64,000 bases of DNA, taken from positions 57,476,846 to 57,540,845 of the forward strand of contig NC_068981.1 of assembly GCF_001194135.2 (NCBI RefSeq). Reading direction: 5' to 3'. The notes under the pieces are model-generated. The model had not been told where the DNA came from, did not search any database, and saw only the letters and a list, made by a program, of their open reading frames with translations. Made by a program: the position numbers and the translations under genes. Below are positions 41,066 to 54,600 of the stretch, piece after piece. Source of the DNA: Octopus bimaculoides (Eukaryota). The stretch's first letter is position 1; the number at the start of each line of letters is the position of its first letter.

Positions 41066-44000
41066 ATACCTCCCCCACACACACACACACATGAAGGGGA
41101 TGCTGAAAAGTTCCTGATTTCGGGTAAAAGAAAATATAGGAGGATCAGTAAATTATGATTTTATTCAACATATGTCCCCCTCAGATTCACACACGCATTG
41201 CAGTGTTCCTTCAGTTTTTCTAAGCCTTGTAAAAGAACTTGGAAGTTTGGGTCTCCAGCCAGGCTTTTTGCGATACCCTTTAAAGCCAAGAAATTTTCAG
41301 CACCCCCTTGTGTGCGCATGTGCGTGCGTGCATGTGTGTGTGTGTGTGTGTGTGCACGCATGTGCATGCAATTATCTTGACATTATATAGTTGATGCATC
41401 ATCATATTAGCAAGGTTGTTTATTTCTAGCCTTCCATGAAAAGTAAATCAAGCTATGGGAAAATATATCCTTACATGGAAACAGGATGGGCATCCAGCTG
41501 TAGGAAATCTGTCATAACAAGTTCCATCTGACCCATGCCAGCATGGAAAAGTGAATGACAAATGATGATAATGATATAAATTGCTTGCATTGGCACAACA
41601 TCACAAATTTGTTGGGGAGGGATAGACATGTGAATTCGTTCACTAGAGTCACATTTTTATTAACTTCAGGTATAGACAACCAAATCTCTACACTAGTGCT
41701 GCTATCTTTCTAACATCAGATATAGGCTGAGTTTGTGTTTCAGACTGATTTCAGAGGAATAAAAGACAAGGTTGACCATAGCAGGTTTGGACTCAGAATG
41801 TAAAGAGATGAAACTAAGTATTATAAGCCATTTACTTTAGTACTGTCCTATCTCTGCTACTACACTACCTATTTTTTAAAAAAGTAATGTCCATAGTTGG
41901 AGTTTGGAAAAGAAAACAGATGATGAATGTAATTATAATATTTCATTATAATTTTGGCACAAAGCAATCAATTTTGAGGGAAGGTGAAGTCAATTACTGA
42001 CTCCAAAAAAGGATGAAGGGCAAAGTCAACCTTGGCAACTTTTATATTCAGAGTTTAAAGCTGGAAGAAATGCCACTAAGCATTTTGCCCAGCACAGTAA
42101 TAATTCTGTCAGCTCATGCCTTGAAAGTAATTATAGTAATAACAGTGTTATCATGTAGCACAAATAAGACACTGAGCAGGCTGGTCTATAGCATAGAGCT
42201 TGACACTTTTCTAAACTGATGTGCTTACAGATGTCTATTGTATTTCATAATCAAATTTAATAGAGCTACTGTCACACTTCTGAGTGAAGTTATATATCAT
42301 ATTTAACCATATTAGAAACTCAAGCATAATAAAAATATCATTTCCCTATACCTCGATCCATGATTTGCTGGTACTTTAATGTGAATCTCATCATTTTCAG
42401 CTTGATACATTTCAAGATGGAAATACATGTTCTGAAGAAAAGAAATTTGAAAACACAACATTAATAATTTTAGCAATAAACAATATTGATAGAACAAATT
42501 AACAATATTTATTTTATTTTTTTCAACTATAAGCAAAAGACCTAAAATTTTGAGAGAGGTAGGATAGTCAATTACCAATGCTCAACTGGTAATCATTTTA
42601 TTAAAACTGAAAAGATGGAAGGCAAAGTTGACCTCATGGAATTTATACTTAGAACACTGTTCAGTGATGTTCCTCCAAGATCAGTTCATGAATTTTCCTG
42701 ATGTTTTCATTCATTCAGGAGCTCCATGGTCGCCCTGAACGAGATTGGTTTTCAAGTAACAAGTGACCATTCCTAAAGCATGAAAACCACTCATAAACTT
42801 CTGTTTTGCTCATGGCAGCATCCTTGTAAGCTGTTAGAAGCATGAGAATTGTTTTGGCTGCTGTTTTCCCTAGTAGTTTCAAGAATTTCATGGAAACATG
42901 CTGTTCTTTCATTTCAGCATCAGAAAAGTTGACAAACAGGAAAGAAGTACTGTAAAACAAAAATGCACCACATGGCAGTACGACTCCATCCACCAGCAGT
43001 GGTCAGCAGACTGAAGCCTGAAGATCACATCAAGTGGCTTCTAGTGGTGGAAGCCCAAACTACAATGAGCTTATCCCACAGAGAACATTTTCTGTTACTT
43101 TTGGGTCCACCTTCGTAGATGAGAGGAAATAGGAACTCACATAGACAATCTCACACTAAAACACATGCATACACACATACACATGCATACACACATACAC
43201 ATGCACATATATTTGGTGATACAAACTGGGAAATAGAACTCTAAACATGTGTATTGTTTGAGAAGTGCAAATGCACAAAACTTTTGACCCTTGATTCACT
43301 TTGTAGCTTTTGCTGATTAAATTATTTAGCATCGTCATTTAATATCTCCTTTTTCATGGGTTGGATGGTTCAACATTAACTGACAAGCCAGAGGAGTGTG
43401 CCAAGCTTCCATGTCTGCTTTGGCATGATTTCTCCAGCAAAATGTCCTTCCTAATGCCAACCATTTCAATGATTGTACTAGGTGTTTCTTTTTGGGGCAC
43501 CAGCACTGGTGAAGTCACCAAGTACTTGCAAGAGAAGTTTATTCGGTTTCTGTCTACCAATTTCACTCACAAATAATTAGTCAGCACATGGCCATAACAT
43601 AGAATGGTTCGCCAACAGCATTCATGCAGTGAAACTGAATCCCTAACCATGTGATTCTGATGTGAACTTCTTAACCATACAGCTATGTCTGTGCCCTTAA
43701 AACAAAACGTATTAATTAAAATTTAAGATGGTGAGTTAGCAGTGTTGACAAAACATTGGATAGAAAGCTTTGTTAGGCAGGTGACTGATAACATTCTTAG
43801 ATTGTCCCTTGACATAATCACACAAAACAAACACTCACGGCCCCCACATAGCACACTGGTAGCTATACAAAAAACATTGTTTAACACTTACAATCATCAA
43901 CCAATTCTCTATGCTCTGAGTTCAAATCATGTGATCAAACTTTGCTTTTCACCCTTTCAGGGTCAATAAATAAAGAACCAGTCCAGTGGGGTGGACTGGG

Positions 44001-47000
44001 GAATTGTTAAAGCATTGGATGTCAAGCTTTGTAGTATTTGTTCTGATTCTGTGTGTTGTGTGTTTAAATGTCCCTTCCTGTCACAGAAATGAAAGAATGA
44101 CGACGTATCTGTCAGGGGATGCAGCCAACAGTTAACACTAGTAATTGAAACAATAATGGAAACATAGCTTTTTTGGTTCAGTTGAAACACTGGCTTCCAT
44201 CATATCTCCACACCACCACGACCACATTATTAAATAAAACATGTATTTTTGATTTATGGTTTAAAATATTCAACTGAAATAATTTTGGAGTACTTACATC
44301 TGACCAATACACATACAGTCCTCTACAGTAATACTCGATCTCTTTTGGAACAGTTGCAGAAAATAAAGTCTGAAGAAATAATAAAACAATTAAAATTTTT
44401 TAGACTTACATGTTTATGTATATGTAGGTAGTTATATATGTACATATATAAGTGTGTGTTTGTGTGTGTGTGTGTGTGTGTCCATGTGTGTATCCATGCG
44501 TGCATACGTGTGTGTGTGCATGCACACTTTACACAAATATATACAGTGACTACCTTTGGCATTGAGTGCACTTTACCACTTACTCCTCCATGACAGCTAA
44601 GCAGGTGACTGATAACATTCTTCCAGGTATATCCTTTCATATAATACATAAAACAAAAGCCCACAACACATATAAACGTCACTGGATTTCATGCACTACC
44701 TGCAATCTCCCTCACTTCTCAAAGTATAAGCAAAGCTTTTGGATATCAAGAAACGTTTTACCAAATGGCTCAGCAGGAACGGACTTCCTGCTGATAAAGG
44801 TATCGCATTTGTTGATTTTGCTTTCATATTACACACACATAACAATCCCCACTCCACAAACTTTACTTTTCAGCTCAACAGCCTTACTGTCATGCACAAC
44901 TCTTAAGTGCAGATACTCTAATAGTGAATCCAAACCATAAGTCAATTAGACCTGGTGATGTTCCACTGATTATCATCAAACAGTGCTGTCCCATCTTCAC
45001 TAAATGCTTTCATCTTTGTCTCCAGGAATATATCCCAAGACATGGCAAACACAATAGTACATCCCATTCTTAAGAGAAGTGTCTTTGGTCCAAGCAACTA
45101 CCAATCTACTGTCCTCACTTCCAGCTATTCTAAAATGTTGAAGATTATTGAGAACAACCATTTTTTTTTACAACTTAGTGTCTTTTTGCTACCTCACAAC
45201 CTCTAATTATTTTACATGAGGGTCACATATATATCACTTGTCAACACTTCATCTTAAAGACTAAGCACAATCTTATGGTGTCAGCAGAGATCAATTACTC
45301 ACTCTTTAAAAGGCTAATATCAGAATACTGCCCATATAACTAGCCTACTAATGTTGCTACACATACAATCATCCATTTATACTGCTTTACTTTAACCTCT
45401 GCTCCTCTCTTTCTTTAACACTCACACACATACACATCGAAAGATACATCTACACCAAACAATACACTTACAGCCTGAGAGCCTTGAAACACCACCAAAG
45501 GTAGATGCGGTGCCTATAAAGCATGTGATTGAGATAAAAAGGAGGTGGATGTGATTAAAGTTACAAGTTGAAGGAAGGAATGAACTATTGATATGATATT
45601 AATGATGATGATGATGATGATGATGAAGAGGAGGAGGAGGATGATGATAAATATGACTGCAATAACATCAATGATGTTAATGTTGATAGTGAAAATAATA
45701 ATGACAATCATATGATATTGAAGATGGTTACAATGTAAAACAAAAATCAAATGAAGAATGATAACAACGACAGCGATGATGACGGTGATGGTGATGTGAT
45801 ATGATATGTCATTTATGAATGAACAGATAATAAGCAGAGGTGGTGATGGCAATGAATTGACTTCGAAGATATTTTTAAAAGGAAACTATCAAACATACAT
45901 GGATATTTCAGGAAGTATTAATAGATATATTTAGTTTTAATGTTTAAACATATATCCCCCACCCACCCAACTAAATTATGATGACCTTCATGTTGCTTAT
46001 TAACCAACCATAAAATATAAATGGTATCTGTGGTAAGCCAAGCAAAGGGAAGGGAGTAAACAGAACTATGTACAAAGTCTGATAAAAAAATATCAGGACT
46101 GTTGCTATGGTAACAGAGCTAAATTATGCAGTGTGAAGTCACATGGCATAGATGGACCCTGAACACTATTGCTCATGCACATGAAGTTATAGTGATCCCA
46201 ATCTCTATCATTGTTTATAGCTGTGCTTGGAAGTAAAGTGTGTAGAGTATGGTTGTCACACCACAGACGTCCCATCAGTGGCCATGGCAGAGAAAATATG
46301 TGTCTGTGTATGTGCGCATGTGGAAAAAGACACAGTTTGGAGGTCATTCCAACCAAGAATCTTTCCAAAAATCAAATCCCTCTTGAAAAGAACAAGATTT
46401 CAAGACATTAAGGAAGTCCAAGAGAATGCAACGATGCAGCTGCTCAGTATCTCAAAAAGGAGTTCGAGGAATGTTCCATCAATGGAAACGATGCTGGATA
46501 AAGTGTGTAGCTTCAAAAGGAGACTACTATGAAAGAGATTAAATGTCAAACTGATATGTGTTATAGTTTTCTTTCTATAGCACCAGTCCCGATAGTTTTT
46601 GATCAGATTTTGTATAGTTGAAAAATGTATATAAATTTGTATGCCATGGAGAGATGTTAGCACTGACCATTTCAAGCAGAGGTCTTCTTTAGAGGGAAAA
46701 AATATTTAATATTTACATCATTGAGCCTAGAATGTGAAGCAAAGAGAAGTATTAAAGATGGATAATTATAATTATAAGAAACTTTAAAAAAATAGTTGCA
46801 GATGGGGAGGTGCTAAAATGTTGCATCAGATTAAGAGGAGTGGTAATTATATAACTATATACATATCTTGTCAAGGAGCACAAAATATTTTAGATGTAAC
46901 AATTTTTTGAATTCCCAGTCACATAATAACAGAACACCTTTTTGTCGACATGTTTGTGCATCTAAAGAAAAGAACCAAACAAAAACAATTACCGGTTTTT

Positions 47001-48612
47001 GAAAGAATGCAATCAGCCTTGCCAGCAGTCTCATCCATATTCCAGTTGGGGCAAGAGGCATGCGGTAAATGCGGGAGATAAAATTAGCTGAAAATTTAAA
47101 AGAAAGCTTTTCATTTACTGTCATCAAAAGCCCATGTGAAGAGTAATAAGAACTGTTGTAGTTATCTGGTAAGCAACTTAATCTGAGTCTATATATTGAA
47201 ACTAAAGCAATTACATTGTGAAAGAGACATTTTAGTAGTCTAAAAACACACAAAAAAATGTGAACTTCACTTTTTCGATTCATTACTTGAAGTATCAAAT
47301 TTTTCATCACACTACTGTCATCCAGTCATTAACACAATCCCTGACACCTCAAAAGATAAATGTAAGTGAATTTAAGAGATTTTTGTGTGTACTTTAGCTG
47401 GTCAAAAGAGCTTTTCCATGATATATTTGCTAAAGGGAATTTGATTGAATGGAAATAAAGTTATCCATAAAAAGGCTAGTGGAAACTGTCCTTTACTTCA
47501 TACTTATGAATAGAAATAAAGTTTACAGATCCAACATTAACATGACATTTCAAATGAGCAGAGTAAAAGAACCAGCAACCATCTGTCTCATGGTTATGCT
47601 AACTGTTTTAGATATGGACACCTTCTCAACTCTCCTGCCTTTTTACCAGCTCATTTGGGATGTAACAGCTAGAGGAGGAGAGAGACAGCTGCACCAGCAC
47701 ACAGCTGGTACTCATTTTCAATTGACTACACTGGAGCAATGTAAAATGAAGTGCCATGCCAAAGGACACAACATCCCAGCTAGTCCAGGAATTGAACTCA
47801 CATTATGATCATGTGTCAAACACTGCCTTAACCACTTGGCCACAGGCTGATATGAGCTGAGTAAAAGCAAATATATAAAAAGAAAATATGCCATGTCAAA
47901 AAATACAGGAAGAATTAAATTATTCCAATAAAGGACAAGAACTCAACTGATGATGTTCATGTTATCCATGTGTTGGATTTAAGCAGTTTAAGTCTTTCAA
48001 TCAACAATAAAGTAAATAAATCTCCATTAGTTTTGATGATGAACTTTTTATATTTTGCATCAAAATATTCAGTTATTTGAGCAACTGAACTATCTGTTAA
48101 TTGAATTATCATGTATGTGGCTGAATATTCCCCAGAATAGGCTTTTTAAAGATATACACATGTCTGTGGCAGAACCAGTATGATGCAGTGTGTGATGAGG
48201 ACTTTTGAATTGCAAAAGCTAGGGTTACTTTGAGGCTATGGTAAATGAAACAGGACCAAGTTGCCACACACTGGAATCAAACAAGGGACCTCACGTTGAT
48301 AACAACAATATGAACTTTAACAGCTAAAAATCACCCAAGTAGAATAACACCACCCACCTCCACCACAAAAAAAACACAAGGATTACAAAAATAGCTGTTT
48401 TGTCACTAACTTTGGGGAATTTTCACTTGAGGAGGTATAGTTGGCAACCGGCAAGGTATCAGGAGCTCATCTTGGTTCTTTGGTAAAGCAATTTCAAACC
48501 TAAAAGGAGAAGAACAAAATAAAAAAAAAGATATCATCGTCATCAACTTCACCACTGTTTGTGTCTGTATTTTTCTGATGATAGCATACTACTACTACCA
48601 CCACCACAACAG

Positions 48613-48664
<52 letters not shown>

Positions 48665-51600
48665 TAATAATGATAATAATAATAATAATAATAAAAATCC
48701 TTTTCTAACATAGGCACAAGGCCTGAAATTTGGTGGAGGGGTATAGTTGATTACATCGACCCCAGTGTTTCACTGGTACTTTAGACACAAGACAATTTTG
48801 AGAGGAGAGTGCCAAACAATTTACATTAACCCAGTACATAACTGGTGCTTTAATTTATTGACACTGGAGGGATGAAAGGCAAAGTTGACTTCAGTAGGAT
48901 TTGAACTTGGAATGTAAACAACCAGAATTGCCACAAGGCATTTCATGCTCACAATCTTCAGTAAAATTTATTATGCCAGTACGAAATCAACTGAATTACT
49001 TCTATCACACATATTATATAAACCTAATCAGAGTGTAAACATAGCAGAGATAAGACAGAGCCGACCTGGAGGCTTTATTATTTCAAATATTTCTCTCTTC
49101 TTTTAAGGTGGCAACTTGGCAGAACTGTTACCATGCCAGGCAAAATGCTTAGTAACATTTTGTCCATCTTTACATTCTGAGTTCAAATGCTACCAAGGTT
49201 GATTATGCCTTTCATCCTCTCAGGGTCGATAAAATAAGTACCAGTTGAGCACTGGAATTGATGTAATTGACTTACTCTATCCCTGAACTTGCTGACCTTG
49301 TGCCAAGATTTGAAACCAATATTTCTCTCTACTGAGTTCAAATCCTACAAAGGCTGTTTGATGGAAATGACAAAAATAAACTTTAGTGATATATTGCTGT
49401 TGAATTGTTAGCCAACTGTGCTAATTCCTCAACAAGATTGGCCTTGTTTCCTCTCAAAATAAAATCATAATATAAAGCTGGCCCCAGCATTGCTACAGAA
49501 CTGAGAACATTAGATGACAGATTTAGAGGAGTAACAAGAAAATTCTACCAAGGTTAACTTTACTTTCATTGTTTGAAGGCTGATAAAGTATCTATTAACA
49601 TTGGTTTTGAATTTTGGCATAAGGCCAGCAGTTTTGGGGGAGGAGATAAATTGATTACATTGATTCCAGTGCTCAGCTGGTATTTATTTTATTGATCCTG
49701 AAAGGGTGAAGGACAAAGTCGATCTCAGCGGAATTTGAACTTAGAATGTAAAGATGGACAAAATGCCACTAAACATTTTGCCCGGCCAGTTAATATTGAG
49801 ATCATAATAAAACAGAACAAAAGAATAGTGTCTTACTTTTCCAGTAATTTTATATACTGTGGAATATGGCTTGGAGGGAAGACATAATTTGATTCTGAAT
49901 CAATGATTTTTCCAGTAAAAAGCATCTTTAAGTGTTTCTTGTGTATGGTCTGTGAGGAAATCAAAATAATTGTTAATTGATACAGCTTACAAAGCAAAAA
50001 AAAACCCCAAAGTGGTTAATATAACCAAAAGGAACAATAATAAACTCCCTTATTAACCACCAAGACTACCACAACCATCACTATGAAATGACAACTTCCA
50101 GATCTTATTTTCTGACTGGATAAAAATTATCAAACTTTAAACCTCTGTAGCTTTTTAAAAAAAACTTTTCTGGAACATGTGAATTCAGCTCTGAGATTCA
50201 GCAAGAAAAATTACATCTATACATCAAATTTGAAAATTTTCACTTAAATTTAAAATTTCAAAAATTGAGGCCAAACAGAAAAGAAATCCCTGTTATTATC
50301 ACTGATTACTCTACATACACAGTCCCTGTGTCTATATTAACTACTTATAACCATCACAACATTCCCAAATGATACACTGAAACTACTGACTACATATATT
50401 TATACCTCTGTCATAAATATGTTAAAGTATAATATAAAAGATTATCTCACTCCTTGTTCGGTCACATAAGGATTGATCTGCTTGACTGTGACAATTTGTG
50501 CCAACATCCTACATAACCAAGCTGGATCAATGAAGAAGAGGTCTTTTAGTTGGTGACCAGCTTCATCAAAATGTCGTAGCACACCTGTATTGTCAAGAAA
50601 ATGGACAGCCTAAAGAGAGAGAGAGAGAAAAGATACACAAGTGAATGGTTGGATTATCATATTAAGTTGTTTTTATACTGCATCAAACTAATCATAGATA
50701 AAATATTTTATTCAACCTCTGAATAAACAAATATCAGTAAACAACTAAATATGTTTTCAGTGAGCAGACATGTGTTTCTAGTACAGTATATAAAATAAAC
50801 TATCAAAGGAACCAATATTCAGGTATTTGCTCTGCTAGAAACAACAACCAAATCTCACTCAAATCACAATATTGTCTTAAAAAAAAAAAAAAGAAAGACA
50901 CATTGGGTAATGTAATACTCTATATATTCTGGTTAAAAAAAAAGAGAGAGAATGTGAACATAGAGCTGGAACACCTTTTAGCACAGGCCTGTTTAATCTG
51001 CACTGATCTTGAGCTAAACAACACAACAAAATAAGATTTTATGCATACATAAGTGTTTACATCCTCGTCATTGTTTTAATGTCTATTTTTCTCATACTTG
51101 CATAGGTCAGATAGAATTTATTGAGAAAGAGGTTCTACAGCCTGATGCCCTTCTTGTCATGAACATTCACCTGTCTCCACACAAGGTAATATTTTTCCAT
51201 GATCAGACATGCTTTTATGGAGGATTGAAAAGGAATAAAAACCACTTGTACGATAGTAGCACTCATTTAGTAGCACTCAATGTAAAATCCAGGAAACACA
51301 AAGACACACACACACATTATATATAATAGCCTTCCACTCACAAGGCTTTGGCTGGCCTGGGGTTACAGTAGAAGGCACTAGCCCAAGGTGTCATGCAGTA
51401 AGACTGAACCCAAAACCACATGGCTGGAAAACAAACTTAACTGCACCTCATTATCAAATATTATACATGAATTACCTGATTAAATTCTTCTTGACTCATA
51501 TTGAGCTGATACATTTTCAGTAATGTCATCATTTCTTGGTAATTTAGAACTGGATAACCATTTTTCAGAGTAGCAGCTGTATTTGTAACCACCTCACCTA

Positions 51601-54600
51601 GTTTCTGCAATAAACCAAAAAAATTCAAAACATTTAAAGACAGCTTCCTGCATTAGTAGTTATTATTATTTTCCCAGCATGGCTGAATTCTAAGGTTGAA
51701 ACCAATACAAGAAGACCGCTTCATTTCTAACATTTTAAATTCATTTACTTTATTAATGTTCTTGGAAAAAGCATAGCTGTTACAAATCCCCATTCCTTTT
51801 AAAAAATTGCAGGTCTACAAGTATGTATAAGACCAATATTGATTTCCTATTTTAGCACAACCCATAAATTGCTCTTTTTTTATTGACCCTGGAAGGTTGA
51901 AAGAAGGTAGTGAGCTGGCAGAATTATCAACACATAAAACAAAATACTAAGTGACATTTCTAGCTCTTTATGTTCTGAGTCCAAATCTCATTGAGGTCAA
52001 CTTTGCCTTTCATCTCTTTAGGGTTGCTAAAATAAAGTGCTAGTCATGTACTAGGGTTGATGTCATTGATTTTCCTTCTTCCCTTGAAATTGTTAGCCTT
52101 GAATCCTGCAACAGACTGGCATCCTGTTCAGGATGAATGTTGTGATCTCAGTCACTTATACACCATGGAAACTGAGGAACTGGCCTTACGAATCTTAGGG
52201 CTCAAGGAAAAAAAAATAGTTGAATGGCAGAGTCACTCATAAAAAGATTTTAACTAAATTTGGTAAAGTATATAGTCTGCAAATTATTCATCGTATTTCA
52301 TTTCTCCAGACTAATATTCCACCTGTTATGACTAAATCTGTACATTTATAGTAATTTCATATTTAATAATTCTGCAATTGTCTGGAAACACCAGAATAAC
52401 AAGTCACTAAACTGACTTACATAAACTATATATGTACATATATGAATATATAACTGTCTGTATCCTATTACACTGTATCATTGTGTGGTGTGAGATGACT
52501 AAAAAAGCTCAGGAAAGGTATCTGGTCATAAAACACTGCCTCAAAAGATATGTTTAACCCATATCAGCATAGAAAAGTGAGCAAAAAAAGGTTCTTATGA
52601 TTATGGTGGTTATATATATATATACATACATATAACTCCAATTACTATTTATCATATTTGTCATACGGTGCCAGCTTATAACAGCACTGCTCCTTCACTG
52701 AGCTAATGAGGGACCTTCTATATGATCACTCAATCAGTTAGAAATAGCAGCTGAAAAACCACACCTACTGTCTTGGAAAAGTACACATTAAATAATGTAG
52801 TCCTTGGTGAACTACAGAAAGGGAAAAAATACAGTGTTCATGGCTGCATTGCTCTTGATCATAGATCTGCTTAAAAGGGTTGACCTGGAGCTAAACAACT
52901 ACTTCTTCTCTACAACATAAAAAGAAAAACATTGATTTACCAAATAATTAGCAGGAACTTTTTGCCCCATCACAGGTTCTCCATGCACTTTATATCTGTT
53001 GAAAAAAGACAGAAAGTAAAAATACACATTATCAGCATTCTCACTTACATCAACCTCATCTTTATAACTGTCATGATCTGTTCCATGTCTGAGCAGATAC
53101 AACCAAATAACAAACTAATTCTTATTCTTTCACCAGTGATGTACTTGTGTCCGGGTCAGAACTATCTATAAACTGGTCCCCTACACAGGCATTTATAGAC
53201 AAGAATTATCATCAAAAATAATATTTACCTATTTACATATTTTGTACATTTTAGGATTAATATAATTAAGACCTGTATTCAAGAGTGCAGTGATGTTCCA
53301 TTCCAAATTCAATGAAATATCTAAATATATGTTAATGTTCATGGTTTTCAAGGAGTTTCTGCTGCAACACTAAATTTTTCTCCATCATAAATCAAGTATA
53401 ACAGTTTATTTATTATTTTGAAATAATTGTTTTTCTCATTTGGGTATAGTTTTGCTCATATAAGTGCTTCTGTATGCATGCTAGTTTGGATGACTTTAAA
53501 ACCATCTTGACAAGTTTCATTGACCCAAACTTCTAAGATTGCCAGCTCAAATTTGAGACAAATGTCAGTTCTTACATAATATTTATTCAAAGATAATTTC
53601 AGCAGAGATGCCTCACTTGTCTTCTAATCCTGCAGTTTTTCATTGATTCCAGGATTTAAACTCAGAATATAGTTGGAGCGGGTAAAATACTGGTTTTAAT
53701 TAACAAAATATTACTCACGAATCAATGACAAATTTAATGGTATTTCTGAGGTGTTCCATGGTTTTGTTTTCTGTCCGAGTGTCCACCATAATGACATCAT
53801 AAATTTTAGGAAAGTCTAGAAATAGTAAAATGAGTAATAACAGAAAAGGAATGAAACATTATAATCTACCGTTTACCCTTTATTATAAATCTAAGGCTTT
53901 GTCCCTACATAAGAAAACAACATTTCAAGGTTTTAAAATCCTCAACTAACACAATGGCAATATATTATTAATTCTTGAAATTCTTAAAAGTACAGTGACA
54001 GAGAGATACAAATTCAATTGCTACTGAAGCCTTTGTATTATATTGATTTCTTTCAACTAAGTATGAAGCAAATATTTGTCTTCTTCAAGTAGCTGCAACA
54101 AAGATGTAGGAGCAGGGCAGAGCAGAGAAATTTCAAGAGTATTTGTCCCTCATTAGCTTTACATGGTCCTCACTTTCATGTTCTTTCATGTGTGTCTCTC
54201 AATGATAATAATGTAAATGAGTGGTCTTCATTCTTCATAAGGGTGCATAAGTTACCAAAATATAAGACCCAATATGGCTTTGTTTTCAGTATGATAGCAG
54301 TGGCCAGCAAAGTCTATCTTTTATCAAGCAACAATAGCAAAGATGGATGGAATGTGTTCATAAATTCTTCTCTTTGAAATGTTTTGAGTCCTCATAAGAG
54401 GTCTGGTTAAGGCAATCTTGAAACTGTTTCAGAGTTCAGGTTTTGGCTTTCTACACATACCCAGTAAAAGGCTGGCCTTCCTGATTTTGGAATATTCAAT
54501 TGTGAATATTTGTTGGAAAGGTATATAATTTATAAAAGATCTAAAATCTTTGACACTAAAAATTCCAATTATTTTTTAGGATATGCATTAGGACATCTAA

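Noticed and set aside
44560-44800. Possible extra minus-strand exons (gtaagt donor near 44570; GSPFLLSH frame)
   Set aside because: Exons 15 and 16 join without a gap relative to human LRRK2, and the region is better explained as a LINE fossil.
47449-47808. 119-aa plus-strand ORF as a nested antisense gene
   Set aside because: No recognisable domain; the 3' half runs through a SINE; no splice or promoter support.
54460-54520. KSGRPAFYW|gtatgt as a ROC exon (cf. KRGFPA)
   Set aside because: The true homologous exons are 56445-56501 and 53719-53815, which are phase-consistent. This segment belongs to an RTE-like fossil.
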